The translations under genes were made by a program, and so were the position numbers. Below the pieces are notes generated by a model, which saw nothing but the letters and a program-made list of their open reading frames with translations, had not been told where the DNA came from and ran no database searches. From assembly GCA_965202585.1 (NCBI GenBank), contig OZ241830.1:32798001-32862000 (forward strand): DNA of 64,000 nt, written 5' to 3'. How positions within the stretch are numbered: the stretch's first letter is position 1; the number at the start of each line of letters is the position of its first letter. The DNA comes from Thalia democratica (Eukaryota). Shown piece after piece: positions 23,806 to 37,591 of this stretch.

Positions 23806-25649
23806 TTTTACTTTTAGTATATAAGGTTTTTGATCTGAAATTTCATTACTGTTATACAATTTAAGAAACTTTTGTTCCTTTCTTTAAGATAGTTGCATTA
23901 ACTAGTAAAAGTCTTAACTTTGTTTAGTTGAAGTTTTTAATAAATATTGGCAAATTTTTATATATCTTTTTATCTATTATTAAATGTTATTATAAATTTA
24001 ATTTAAGTCTAAATGTGCACTATATTTCATTTAGTTTTCAGAATTTTAATATTGATTGAAGACTAACAATTTATAGAATTTTTTTTATAATGAAGTTCTT
24101 TGTAATAGAGAATATTCACATACTAGTCATTGGAATTACACTAAATAATAAAAATATCTATCTTATTATTTTTTATTTTTATATAAGCAAACCAGATTAA
24201 AAAAACTAAAGGTGTACATAAACTTTATATTTGTTTTTAATTTTTAATAGGATCTTTATATAAAATATTCTGAATTAAAGGAGTTGGGGGCATTCGAGCC
24301 CGACCATTATCCCTGAAGAGTCTCTGGCCCGCTCAAGGCCATTTCTCGGTCATTCCCAAAGCATTCAACAACTATTTAATTTTTAATAGGATCTTTGGAT
24401 AAAATATTCTGAATTAAAGGTTATTTAATAAGTTTTCTAAACATTTTATAGATTATTAGTTAAGGATTTTTTGTATATTAAAAGTGACAAATTAGTAAAA
24501 AGACTTTAAATGTCACTTTACAGAATGTATACAATTTAATTTCAACTAAAAAATATATATAAGTTTAAAAGCAGTTAGATTTAATCTTTTTTTGTAATTA
24601 CGGTTTTTCTTAAAAACAATTAGTTTGAAGAAAACTAAATGCGGCTACAAAAACAAATTAATCTTAAAAATAATTTTTTTTTTTACTTTCATGTTATAAG
24701 CTCACTAATTTTTAAACTAAATCTATAAACTTGAGTTACACTAAACTAAACTGAGTCAGCCTGAGTTTATATCAATATAAAACTTAAATAAAAAAACTAC
24801 TTATGACCTGTTTACTGTTTCTTCTGAAGTCTATGAAAAAAAGAAAACTTATTAAAAAAAACAATTGAAATGGTTCGTATCCATCTGTTAGTATTTCAGT
24901 ATCAAGTTGTAAATCACAAATGTTTTAGGTGTAGTAAAGTTTACTTTAAACCTTTAGTATATATATAACCCATAATATATAAACAATAATAATAATACTG
25001 ACCTAACTAATAATTATACTAAATAATACTTAAGGCATCTCTATATAAATCTAGGCATGACATTAAAAGAATATATTGTTAAAAAAGAACAAATCAAAAA
25101 CAAAGATTTTGATAAGAATCTCACTTAACCCTACCTTTGCCTTTTGTAGAAATATATATACTATACTTCTTTCATAAAAAAGAAAAAAATACACATATCA
25201 GAATACATTTGGTTTAAAAACTGTTATTACAGTTTTTAAAAAAAAAAAGGGATTTTAGTATATAATTAAATAAAACAACTTTACAATTTATTTTTAATGG
25301 TCTTTTAGTTTTTAAAAGCTTCGTATTTTTAACAGTCAAAAGTTTTTAATGTGTATCCCAGAACTTTGATAATTCACTTGAACCTTTGAAAATTATGTTA
25401 AACATGTTGTACAACATTTTATAAATATTACAGCATAAAATCAACTGATAAATAATAATAAAAAACAAAAAAAATACTCTAATGTCATGCCTATCAACTT
25501 TGAAACTAATTCCTAAGTATTTCAACATGTTACTGGTTTTTGCTGTTTTAATTACTGTATTTTTCTAATATGTTGTTAAAGACTTAAGACACTTTTATTA
25601 ATTTAAAATGCTTACTTTCACTTAAAATTGGCCACTATTTTTTGCGACT

Positions 25650-25885
25650 TATTTGTACTCATAAATTGTCAAAACTCTTGTGAGTTTTTTGGACTTAAAA
25701 TTTTTCAGTTCTATTTGGACTTTGTTGACTTAAAATTTGTCAGCTCTATTTTGACTCGTGGGCAAAAACTTTATCAATACTAATCTGACTTTGTTGACGT
25801 AAAATTTGTCAGTTCTACTTTGATTTTGTTGACTTAATGATTTTTAAACTTTTTGTGACTTATTGGGACTTAAACTAGGACAATA
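25650..25885. repeat. Degenerate ~35-bp minisatellite (GACTTTGTTGACTTAAAATTTGTCAG...), paralog at ~35185-35425
   Basis: Several diverged units visible by eye. Confidence 0.6.
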
Positions 25886-26474
25886 CCGTTTTTTACTTAT
25901 TTGGACTAAAATGTTATTAACACCTATTTGATTTACTATTTATTCCACAAATTGTACTTTATTTAACATGACCCTCAATTGCCTGTTGACTCCATAAACC
26001 CTTATACTTTTTGGTATATGATTAAATTAAAAAGCTTTTGAAAGAGCAGAAAGCAAATATAAACAGTGTTTCAAAAAAATTAAATGCAAGTATTTTGTAA
26101 AATTTCTCTAAATCTACTGTTTAAAAAAATGCACTATAAAATTTGTAGGAGAAAAGTATCAAAATGTAAGACATAAGTTTGAAAAATGTTATGTTTAAAA
26201 TAAAATGAATAAACAATAATAAATTAATAATAGAACAATAATAGAAAAAAAGTAGAAAAATAAAATAATAACTAAAAATTAAAAAAAAATGTCCTCTAAG
26301 CTCTAAAAATTAGCCCGCCTGATATTACCATAATAAAGGGTAGGATTTTTGTTTCAGAATTTTAACTCATGTTGTTGTAAGTTATTTAAAAATAAATTTT
26401 ATTTTGAATAACAGCAAAGGTAAAAAAATATATCATATTTTGATAGATAGGTAGCAAGTAATGTTTTAATATAA

Positions 26475-26807
26475 CAGGGTTGCCACTCTTTGAGTCAAAA
26501 AATCTTCCCTGAGTAACCTTTAACTTCCCTGAGTTACCCTGAGTTTTTTCAATACTTTAAAATAATTTATTTATAAAAATTAAGATTTTTTTTAAGAGTA
26601 TTGAAGAACTTACTGCAAGGCTAAAAAATTTCTAAATAAGCACCTAAAAATTAAAAAAAAAATCTGAGATTTTTTTCAATCAAAACTGCCTTAAGTTTCC
26701 CTGAGTACAAATAAAAGAATCTAAATTCCCTGAGTTTCCCTGAACTTTTCTACAACATGAAAATTCCCTGAGATTGCCTGAACTCCTTATAGTGTGTAGA
26801 AACCCTG
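26475..26807. mobile_element. MITE with CAGGGTTGC.AC-type terminal inverted repeats and internal TTCCCTGAG repeats
   Basis: Left end CAGGGTTGCCAC, right end GTAGAAACCCTG; non-coding. Superfamily unassigned (hAT-like ends, but no clean 8-bp TSD seen). Confidence 0.7.
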
Positions 26808-28022
26808 TATAAAAACAAAAAATGCAAATTTAAGTACTGTTTACTAAACTAAAATCTTTTAACTTTTATCTAATATCAGACTAATAAACAAATTGCACTG
26901 TGCAGTTACAAAACTACAGTCTAGTAATAGCTTGTACTTGTTTTCAGTACTAATTATTAGTACAGAATAAAATTATAAGAATGTAACTACATAGAATCTT
27001 TTATGAACTTTTAAAAAGACCAAAATTTCCTTTTTAAAAGGCCAAAATGTTCAGCTTACCAGGGCAGAAAAATTCTAAAAGTGATCATTAATAACTTTTA
27101 GGGAACTACATTGGCAACAGCAAGATCTGTTACATCTTTTTGTTAATTTTGCTATTTGGACATCATAAGTAAAAAAAATTAATAAAAGTATAATCAAAAA
27201 AATACTTATAATTTTGAGCAAAATTAACCTTAATAAGAATTTAAGGTTATGTGAAAAATACTTTAAAACTTTAAATAATGTGAACTGAAAATATTCAATG
27301 AACTCTAAATAATTAAACCTTGTTAAATAAAAACTCTTAATACTTAACTAATAATCAAAATTAAAAAAACAATTTACATATAACAACTTTTAGCAATATC
27401 TCAATACAAGCTCTAAGTATTATCAAAAACCATCTAAGACTTACAACATTGTCTGAAATACTTGCGTTCTAGTTAACTGATTTTGTTAAACTCAACATTA
27501 AAAAATCAACAATTAAATAGCATATAAAAGATGCATTCCATTACCAAAATAAAAACTAGTTTTAATTTTGCTTGATTATCTACATTAGATTGTTTTACAA
27601 TATACTAAAGAAATGGCTGGCTTAATATAATTTTAAATTTATTTTAAAGATACTTTGAAACTGTTTAAAGTTTAAACATTTCAAAGTATCTGAGTACTTA
27701 GACAGCTATGTAGTTTTCTAAATTGTATTTTAAAAAGTTACTAGAGAAAGTATTTTATAATTAAACAAAAATTGTACATCTCTACTGAAAAAATATCTAA
27801 ACACCCCCTTGATTTACGCAAAATCTAAAAAACAAAACATTTTACATCAAAATAATTTTAAGTTCATGAAAACTAACTTTACATAAAAATACAAACTAAC
27901 AGTAATTTTGTAAAAAAAACCTGAATGTTATAAAGTTTTAAATTCATTAATTAGTCTAAAAATTACAGAGATTAGTTGAATTTTTAATCTATTAAAAAAA
28001 AAAACTATACCATTGGTATAGA

Positions 28023-28468
28023 CAGGGTTGCCACTCATTTTTTCAAAATTTTTCTCAGGTTTTCCAAATTTCTTCAAGGTTTTTAAAAAGTTAAAACTTT
28101 TGGGTCTGTTATTAGTTTTAAGTTAATTTTTATAAATAAACTGTGTTAAATAATACAAAAACATTTAAGGGATGCTGTAAAGTTACTTTAAGTGTGTTTT
28201 TTAATAAAAAAAAATTTTTGACAAAAAATCTTATTTATATGATAGATATTTTGTGTCAAATTGAAGTTTTAGTTCTGAAAATTTTAAAATTAGTAAAAAT
28301 TCCAGGGTTTTCCAGGTATTTTGATCAAAATTCTAGATTTTTCAAGGTTTTTTTCAAAAATTCTCTAATTCTAGGTTTTTCCAGGTTATTTTTGGCTAAA
28401 CTGTCGAATTCCAGGTTTTTCAAGGTTTTTCAATGTTTTTCCAGGTTTCCTAGTAAATGGCAACCCTA
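28023..28468. mobile_element. Second MITE family (same TIR type), related to the MITE inside the S units
   Basis: CAGGGTTGCCAC ... TGGCAACCCTA in a TATA-rich site, with internal TTCCAGGTTTT repeats. Confidence 0.72.
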
Positions 28469-28529
28469 TATATAACAGGTTTTTCTTAACTTTTTTTTTT
28501 ATAACTCAAGTTTTAAAAAATTACAATAA

Positions 28530-28930
28530 AAAGTTTTAACATGCCTTCCATGTAATGTCTACAGAAATAACTAATGTTTATGGTACAAAAATTTTACATA
28601 ATTTTTGCAGTTAAGTAGGAATAATAAAGGTTCACATAAAAAAATACTTTTTTGTAACATAACTAAGTATTGATCTATTTAACATTTTGGAGATATTAAT
28701 TTAAAATTTATATTTAATAAGCCCAATAACTGTTTAAATAAGATTACGAAAAAGAATTAACTTTTTAACTAAAAAGAGTCTGTCTTAAAAATTTTATATT
28801 TCAATACTCAATTTGATCAAAATAAATTTTTGTAGAACTGTTTTTTTTTTTCATAAAAAAAGTTTTTTTTTACAAAGTAGCTTTAGTACTGCTAATTTTA
28901 GATTTTCTATTTTGAAAGATGAAAAATGAA
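28530..28930. repeat. Dispersed repeat; homologs at ~38105-38500 and, more diverged, ~41390-41765
   Basis: Shared AATGTTT.TGGTACAA...AATTTTTGCAGTT.AGTAGGAAT and TTTCAATACTC.ATTTGATCAAAA motifs. Confidence 0.6.
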
Positions 28931-31900
28931 GTGTGGGATTAAATTTTGTCAGTTTTATTTTTCTATATGTCAGTTTAAGTTTAACTTTGTCACTAACTTT
29001 CTCTAACTTTTTTAGACTAATTTTTTGTTTACAACCATTTTATTTGTTATTTAATCTCCCAATGGCACTTTATTTATATTGACTTTCTTACCTTTTTATT
29101 TTCATAACCCCCTTTTCTTTCTGATTATGACTAAACTTCAAAGGCTTAAAAAGAAACTAAAACAGTTGTAAGTGCTACTTCTTAAAAATTAAATGCAAGA
29201 TTTGTTGTAAAATTACCTAAATCTATTGTTAAATAAAATGCACTATGAAATGAAATTTAAGAATGTGAGTGGAAAATGTGATAAATACTATTTTGAAAAT
29301 AAAAGGTAGTATACTAATAAAATCTATTTTGGTAAAATACTATCTGGGTCTTATTTAAGCGTTACCTAAAATACTAATGACTCTTTACATGGATGACACC
29401 ATTATAAGCTAATTGCTAAAAAAAAAAATTATAAGGTTAATAAAAAATAATTTAAAGAGGTAACTTGCATTAATACAACATCATCAGATTTCAAGAAATT
29501 GTGCACCTATAGTAAAAGTAAATGTAAGAATCTAACTACTAGTTGAATATATGTTAAAAATATTTAAAATAATATATATTTGAAACAACTGTTTACAAGT
29601 TGTTTTTCAGTTGTTGGCAATCTCTGAATAAAAAAAGCTAAAACTGAGCTTTTAAACTGTCCTTAGTAATTCTAAACTTTTAAAAATACCTGAAATAATC
29701 AAGTAACCTTTTCAACATTATTTAAAATAAAACTTTGGTCATCCTGAGTTTTATAAATAACATTAAACTAGTCTGAGTTACCCTGAAATTTCAAAAAATT
29801 CAAACTGTCCTGAGTTATGCTGAGTATACTAAGTCTGTGGATAACTTTACTGTAATGTTACATGAACTAACTAACTTACAAAAAGTTAGCTTATTATTAG
29901 ATTAAACCATTTTTGTTAGTATATTCTCACAGGTCCTTTTTCAAAAAATATTTATCAACTCTACTCATTCATACTTTGAGAGGTCTATTTTGGGCCATTT
30001 TGTTTGACAGTAGTCTAAAAGTTAGTTAATTTTTTTTAATTCGATAAAAAAAAAAAACTAAACTGTTGGTATAAACTAGGTTTTCCCAAACTCTTTTATA
30101 AGGCCTCTTTTATTGAAATGTAAAAAAGCTATAGCCCCTTCCGACCAGGTTTCTCAAAAAGCTACAATGAAATATGCCTGGTACTGTTTTTATTGTTTTG
30201 CATACAGCTTCACCTCCAGAATATCTAATGTGCAGTTAAATTGTGACCTCATAGTCCCCTGTGGCCGTTTAGACAACAAACTTTTAATAATAGCATGAAC
30301 TTTACTTTTCTAAAAACTAATTGATTAGCTAATGCAAATTAAGTCTAAGATATTTTTTACTGATTCTTTTTTATCATTATATTTCAACCCTAACATTAAG
30401 AAAGAAGTTAAAAGTTTATGTAGAGTATGTAGTTTAAAAGAAGAGCTATAAAATGTTGGTGCAATTTTTGCCAATATAAAACGAAAATAATATTTATTTA
30501 CTTATAAACTTGTATGACTATTTTTTATTTACGAGAAATTGTAGTTAATTAATCATATACTTGTCATAATTTTACAAAAAAAATATCAATAAATTTTAGA
30601 AAATAGATAAAATTTTAATTAAAAAAAAATCAGTATAAACCAAATCATACATTGTATTACATATTTAAGACAAATTTTTATAAATAAGACAAAAGTATTT
30701 AATTTACTTTTATATCGTAGTTTTTTATTCAATTCAAAGCTTAACTTTAGAGCAGTCATAGGACTATTACTTTTAAGCTTGGTATTTACTAATTTTGCTA
30801 TCACTACAAATTACTATTGATACTAATTATTACTACTAATTTTTCTTTTAGTAATTTTAGCTTTAATTTCCATGTTTTACCCTAAAACAAGATGTAAATC
30901 TGTTTTTTTAAATAAGCTTACTATGGCAAGAAGGCAAATATAATATGGGGGAAAACAGTGAAGATTTGTCAACTAATAAAGGGGGCAATTTATATAAAAC
31001 TTTCTTTTTGAAATCAAGTGTCTGCCTTACAGAGATTAAACTTTCAATAAAGTATCATTTAAGAAATGAAGGAATTCTACGTGTCAAGCTAAATTTTTCT
31101 AAACCATTTTTTCTTCTAAGTGTTTAAAAGATAAAAAAAAATATCTCGATTCAAATGCTAGAAAAATTATATTTTCTTTTATATAAGAATTAGAATGTTT
31201 TAAATTTGTCCTTACTGGTAACTCATTTTGTATAAACAAAATGATTTAATAAAAATAAATAATGTATATATTTATCAGTGAGAGAAGTATATCATAAATT
31301 CAGTGTTTCTGTTGATTTAGATATAAATAAAAGATGTTGTAGGTGGTAAACTTATAATAAGGGTTTTGGATACCATCCTATTGTTACTTTTTAATGGGGT
31401 TCGCTTGTCAGTATTTATGGGTAGTAAAGTTTTTGACTACGTGCATTAGTCAATCTAAACCTGGTAAAACATTATTTACTAAACTCGGAAAAAGAAAACA
31501 TGAATTTTCCTGACTCCTTAGGCTATAGTATTTGATTAACTTAATATATATTGAGTATCTTTAATTAAATCATTTTTGTAGAAGTAACAACATAGCTAAT
31601 TTATAAGTAAAATAAAGATACTGCGAAAAGAAGTAGAACAAATATATATACAAATAAACTCCACAACTTATAAACTTATTGTTGAGTGTCTTACTGACAT
31701 TTAGAAGAAGAATTTTAAATGTAATGTGAATTGTGGCTTTGCTTTTTGTTGTACTTTTTTTTTTGGTTTTTATAAAATTGCATTAGATAAAAAACTTTTA
31801 GTGCAACTGGCAGTCATTTAAGAAACAGCAATTAATAATGTATCAACTTTACTACAAATTTTGAGTATATATACTCTGTAGATAAAAGGTAAAATAAGTG

Positions 31901-32422
31901 TAAGCAGTTACATATCACTTCAGTATCTAACGACTTTTACTTTAATTTTTTTTATCTCCGGGCCATGCTTAGTTATATAACAAATTATCAAAAAATAAAA
32001 CTAAAGTTATATATTATAGGTTACGCCGTAGTCAAAACTAATAGGCTGCATCTTAGACGTGGTTTAAGCCTAACTAGTTGCGGAAAAAAACATAAGGGAT
32101 ATCTTAATTGAGGCATTTCAGTCAAAATTTTTAAAACAAGGGTTATACTATAACAAAAATAATTTTATTTTTATTATTTTTTTATATAAATTGTAGAAAA
32201 AGTAGTGTAGAGATTTTAAACTTTAAAATGATTTTGGTTTTAAGAAAGCTTAAGATTATATCTACAAAGACTTGTATGATACGACCCATACCAATATAAT
32301 GTATTCTATGTCTCTGCCCATAGTAAGGTATTTCCCTAAAATAATAAAGATCACGCATAAAGGTTAGTTACTCAAGTTTTATTTTCCTAAGACAAGAAAA
32401 AACAAAGTTCTAAATTTAAACA

Positions 32423-33574
32423 TCATGCTTGTTCGTCCAGTGTTACACCGAGGGCTTTCATATCTTCAGTAACACGATCAAGATATGTGGGATCCGGGTA
32501 CCCGTAGGCCGATACTCCCCCGCTACGAGAAGTCTTGTGATGGATGTCGTTCCAAGTGATCACATTCTTCTCTCCGGTGGTCAAGCTGGTGCCCACCGTG
32601 AACGTCAGCTTCATCCTCCACGCTTTCCTGAGCAGCTCCGCCACTCGTCGTCCTTCCTCGTTGTCAGGCAGGTACGCCGTTCGGTGATCTCCCTTGTAAC
32701 GCGCCCCCGGGTTCTCGTGCTGGGGTCCCTGACGACCGCTCAGAAAGCTGTAGCCGATCACGATCGTGCCGAAGTCTTCGTAACCTTCGCAGCTCCAGTT
32801 TTTCTTCACGCTCACTGACATTGTGCCTTTGGGGCAAGGGCCGAGTTTTTCGACGACTGTCTTCCTGCAAACCGGGCACTTTCTGTCGATTCTAACGCAG
32901 TCTTTCAAACAACATTCGTGGAAGAGATGCTCGCAGACTCCAGTGCCTTTTACTGGTCCTTTTTGTTTTAACGGTTCCAAACAAACGGAACATTCATCGT
33001 TTTCGTCGTAGCTACCCAACTGCACTTCAACACCTTCAAAGTTTTCTTGAGTCACCGTTTTCTTAACACTTTTGTCAAATTCTGCGATTTTTAGATAGTT
33101 TGGCTGTTCGCCACAATCAAGATTTGATACTTCGTCGAGCCACTTTTTCATCTTATCAGGATATTGCTTTTTGATTATTACGGTTGGGCAATATTTAAGC
33201 ATTTCGTAGACTGTGGTCAAGACATTTGCAATTGAAATTTTACGTTTGTCAAAAACGTTTTTGTGAACTTTTCCAGTTTTCTTGTAGACTTGAGGGTGTG
33301 AAAAGTCATAAATAAAAGTCACAGTAGGCGGTTTGTTGGGGTAAGAGTCCGGAAATTTCAACATCACATCAACATCCTTGCCCTTTTTTTCAGAGTTTGG
33401 ATGACTTGTCACTTTTGCATTAAGTGTTCCTTTTTCGTAGTTTATTTGTACGACTCTGATGTTGTCATTCAGGTGGTACACTTCAACTCCTTCGTCGTCT
33501 ACTTTCTTCGTGAAAGATCCACAGGCTACTAGTTCCTTTTCAACTTGTTTTGAACTGATATGCTTAAAAATCAT
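32423..33574 (-). CDS. UEV-RING-DTC Deltex-like E3 ligase, copy 3 (383 aa from ATG at 33574, intact)
   Basis: Same domain motifs as copy 1, with 8 aa differences by my count. The track's 401-aa version starts at a TTG (33628); the first ATG matches the copy 1 start. Confidence 0.9.
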   Translation of the reverse strand: MIFKHISSKQVEKELVACGSFTKKVDDEGVEVYHLNDNIRVVQINYEKGTLNAKVTSHPNSEKKGKDVDVMLKFPDSYPNKPPTVTFIYDFSHPQVYKKTGKVHKNVFDKRKISIANVLTTVYEMLKYCPTVIIKKQYPDKMKKWLDEVSNLDCGEQPNYLKIAEFDKSVKKTVTQENFEGVEVQLGSYDENDECSVCLEPLKQKGPVKGTGVCEHLFHECCLKDCVRIDRKCPVCRKTVVEKLGPCPKGTMSVSVKKNWSCEGYEDFGTIVIGYSFLSGRQGPQHENPGARYKGDHRTAYLPDNEEGRRVAELLRKAWRMKLTFTVGTSLTTGEKNVITWNDIHHKTSRSGGVSAYGYPDPTYLDRVTEDMKALGVTLDEQA

Positions 33575-36019
33575 TTTTACTTTTAGTACATAAGGTTTTT
33601 GATCTGAAATTTTATTACTGTTATACAATTAAGACACTTATACTCCTTTTTTAAGATAGTTGCATTAACTAGTAAGAGTCTTAACTTTGTTTAGTTGAAG
33701 TTTTTAATAAATATTGGCAAATTTTATATATTTTATTTATCTATTATTTATAATGAAGTTCTTTGTAATAGAATATATTCACATACTAGTCATTGGAATT
33801 ACACTCAATAATAAAAAAATCCATCTTATTATTTTTTATTTTTATATAAGCAAACCAGATTAAAAAAACTAAAGGTGTACATAAACTTTATATTTGTTTT
33901 TTTATTTTTAATAGGATCTTTGGATTAAATATTCTGAATTAAAGTTTAATTAATAAGTTTTCTAAACATTTTATTTTAATATTTCATTTTTTTATAGATT
34001 ACTAGTTAAGGATTTTTTGTATATTAAAAGTGACAAATTAGTTTAAAGACTTTAAATGTCACTTTACAGAATGTATACAATTTAATTTCAACTAAAAATA
34101 TATATAAGTTTAAAAGCAGTTAGATTTAATCTTTTTTTCTGTAATTATGATTTTCCTTTAAAACAATTAGTTGGAAGAAAACTAAATGCGGCTACAAAAA
34201 CAAATTATTCTTACAAATAAGTTATTTATTTTACTTACATGTTATAAGCTCACTAATTTTTAAACTAAATCTATAAACTTGAGTTACACTAAACGAAACT
34301 GAGTCAGCCTGAGTATATATCAACATAAAACTGAAAAAAAAAAGCTACTTACGACCTGTTTACTGTTTCTTCTGAAGTCTATGAAAAAAAGAAAACTTAT
34401 TAAAAAAACAATTGAAATGGTTCGTATCCATCTGTTAGTATTTCGGTATCAAGTTGTAAATCACAAATGTTGTAGGTGTAGTAAAGTGTACTTTAAACCT
34501 TTAGTATATATATAACCCATAATATATAAACAATAATAATAATACCGACCTAACTAATAATTATACTAAATAATACTTAAGGCTACTCAATATAAATCTA
34601 GGCATGACATTAAAAGAATATATTGTTAAAAAAAACAAATCTAAAACAAAGATTTTGATAAGAATCTCACTTAACCCTACCTTTGCCTTTTGTAGAAATA
34701 TAAATACTATACTTCTTTCATAAAAAAGAAAAAAATACACATATCAGAATACAATTGGTTTAAAAACTGTTATTAATGTTTTTCAAAAAAAAAAGGATTT
34801 TAGTATATTATAAAATAAAACAACTTTACAATTTATTTTTAATGGTCTATTAGTTTTAAAAAGCTTCGTATTTTTAACAGTCAAAAGTTTTTAATGTGCA
34901 TCCCAGAACTTTGTTAATTCACTTTAACCTTTGAAAATAATGTTAAACATGTGGTACAACATTTTATAAAAATTACAGCATAAAATCAACTGATAAATAA
35001 TATTAAAAAACAAAAAAAATATTCTAATGTCATGCCTATCAACTTTGAAACTAATTCCTAAGTATTTCAACATGTTACTGGTTTTTGCTGTTTTAATTAC
35101 TGTATTTTACTAATATGTTGTTAAAGACTTAAGACACTTACATTAATTTAAAATGCTTACTTTCACTTAAAATTAGCCATCATTTTTTGCAACTTATTTG
35201 TACTCATAAGTTGTCAAAACTCTTGTGAGTTTTTTGGACTTAAAATGTTTCAGTTCTATTTGGACTTTGTTGACTTAAAATTTGTCAGCTCTATTTTGAC
35301 TCGTGGGCAAAAACTTTATCAATACTAATCTGACTTTGTTGACGTAAAATTTGTCAGTTCTACTTTGATTTTGTTGACTTAATGATTTTTAAACTTTTTG
35401 TGACTTATTGGGACTTAAACTAGGACAATACCGTTTTTTACTTATTTGGACTAAAATATTATTAACACCTATTTGATTTACTATTTATTCCACAAATTGT
35501 ATTTTATTTAACATGACCCTCAATTGCGTGTTGACTCCATAAACCCTTATACTTTTTGGTATATGATTAAATTAAAAAGCTTTTGAAAGAGCAGAAAGCA
35601 AATATAAACAGTGTTTCAAAAAAATTTAATGCAAGTATTTTGTAAAATTTCTCTAAATCTACTGTTTAAAAAAATGCACTATGAAATTTATAGGAGAAAA
35701 GTATCAAAATGTAAGACAAAAGTTTGAAAAATTTTATGTTTAAAATAAAATGAATAAACAATAATAAATTAATAATAGAACAATAATAGAAAAAAAGTAG
35801 AAAAATAAAATAATAACTAAAAATGTAAAAAAAAAAGTTCTCTAAGCTTTAAAAATTAGCCCGCCTGATATCACCATAATAAAGGGTAGGATTTTTGTTT
35901 CTGAATTTTAACTCATGTTGTTGTAAGTTATTTGAAAATAAATTTTATTTTGAATAACAGCAAAGTTAAAAAATATATCATATTTTGATAGATAGATAGC
36001 AAGTAATGTTTTAATATAA

Positions 36020-36373
36020 CAGGGTTGCCACTCTTTGAGTCAAAAAATCTTCCCTGAGTGACCATAAACTTCCCTGAGTAACCTTTAACTTCCCTGAGTT
36101 ACCCTGAGTTTTTTCAATGCTTTAAAATAATTTATTTATAAAAATTAAGATTTTTTTTAAGAGTATTGAATAACTTACTGCAAGGCTAAAAAATTTCTAA
36201 ATAAGCACTTAAAAATAAAAATAAAAATTCTGAGATTTTTTTCAATCAAAACTGCCTTAAGTTTCCCTGAGTACAAATAAAAGAATCAAAAATCCCTGAG
36301 TTTTCCTGAACTTTTCTACAACATGAAAATTCCCTGAGATTGCCTGAACTCCTTTGAGTGTGTAGCAACCCTG
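36020..36373. mobile_element. Duplicated copy of the 26475 MITE, with one extra 20-bp internal repeat unit
   Basis: CAGGGTTGCCAC ... GTAGCAACCCTG; three TTCCCTGAGT units at 20-bp spacing versus two in the paralog. Confidence 0.72.
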
Positions 36374-37591
36374 TATAAAAACAAAACATGCAAATTTAAG
36401 TACTGTTTACTAAACTAAAATCTTTTAACTTTTATCTAATATCAGACTAATAAACAAATTGCACTGTGCAGTTACAAAACTACAGTCTAGTAAAAGCTTG
36501 TACTTGTTTTCAGTACTAATTATTAGTACAGAATAAAATTATAAGAATGTAACCACATAGAATCTTTTATGGACTTTTAAAAAGACCAAAATTTCCTTTC
36601 TTAAAAGGCCAAAATGTTCAGCTTACCAGGGCAGAAAAATTCTAAAAGTGATCATTAATAACTTTTAGGGAACTGCATTGGCAACAGCAAGATCTATTAC
36701 ATCTTTTTGTTAATTTTGCTATTTGGACATCATAAGTAAAAAAAATTAATAAAAGTATAATCAAAAAAATACTTATAATTTTGAGCAAAATTAACCTTAA
36801 TAAGAATTTAAGGTTATGTGAAAAATACTTTAAAACTTTAAATAATGTGAACTGAAAATATTCAAGGAACTCTAAATAATTAAACCTTGTTAAATAAAAA
36901 CTCTTAATACTTAACTAATAATCAAAATTAAAAAACAATTTACATATAACAACTTTTAGCAATATCTCAATACAAGCTCTAGGTATTATCAAAAACCATC
37001 TAAGACTTACAACATTGTCTGAAATACTTGCGTTCTAGTTAACTGATTTTGTTAAACTCAACATTAAAAAATCAACAATTAAATAGCATATAAAAGATGC
37101 ATTCCATTACCAAAATAAAAACTAGTTTTAATTTTGCTTGATTATCTACATTAGATTGTTTTACAATATACTAAAGAAATGGCTGGCTTAATATAATTTT
37201 AAATTTATTTTAAAGATACTTTGAAACTGTTTAAAGTTTAAACATTTCAAAGTATCTGAGTACTTAGACAGCTATGTAGTTTTCTAAATTGTATTTTAAA
37301 AAGTTACTAGAGAAAGTATTTTATAATTGAACAAAAATTGTACATCTCTACTGAAAAAATATCTAAACACGCCCTTGATTTACGCAAAATCTAAAAAACA
37401 AAACATTTTACATCAAAATAATTTTAAGTTCATGAAAACTAACTTTACATTAAAATACAAAGTAACCGTAATTTTGTAAAAAAAGCCTGAATGTTATAAA
37501 GTTTTAAATTCATTAAGTAGTCTAAAAATTACAGAGATTAGTTGAATTTTTAATCTATTAAAAAAAAGAAAAACTATACCATTGGTATATA

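Noticed and set aside
25650-25885. Possible CRISPR-like array in the ~35-bp repeat
   Set aside because: Degenerate contiguous minisatellite with no repeat-spacer alternation.
30113-30298. ORFs of 61 and 76 aa (here and 39728-39958) with a PQGTM-like antisense peptide
   Set aside because: No sustained similarity to Deltex or any known domain; stops interrupt the frames and the two copies disagree.
33575-33628. 18-aa N-terminal extension (MYNSNKIS...) of copy 3 in the ORF track
   Set aside because: Starts at TTG, is not conserved upstream of the AG in copy 1, and crosses a likely splice acceptor.
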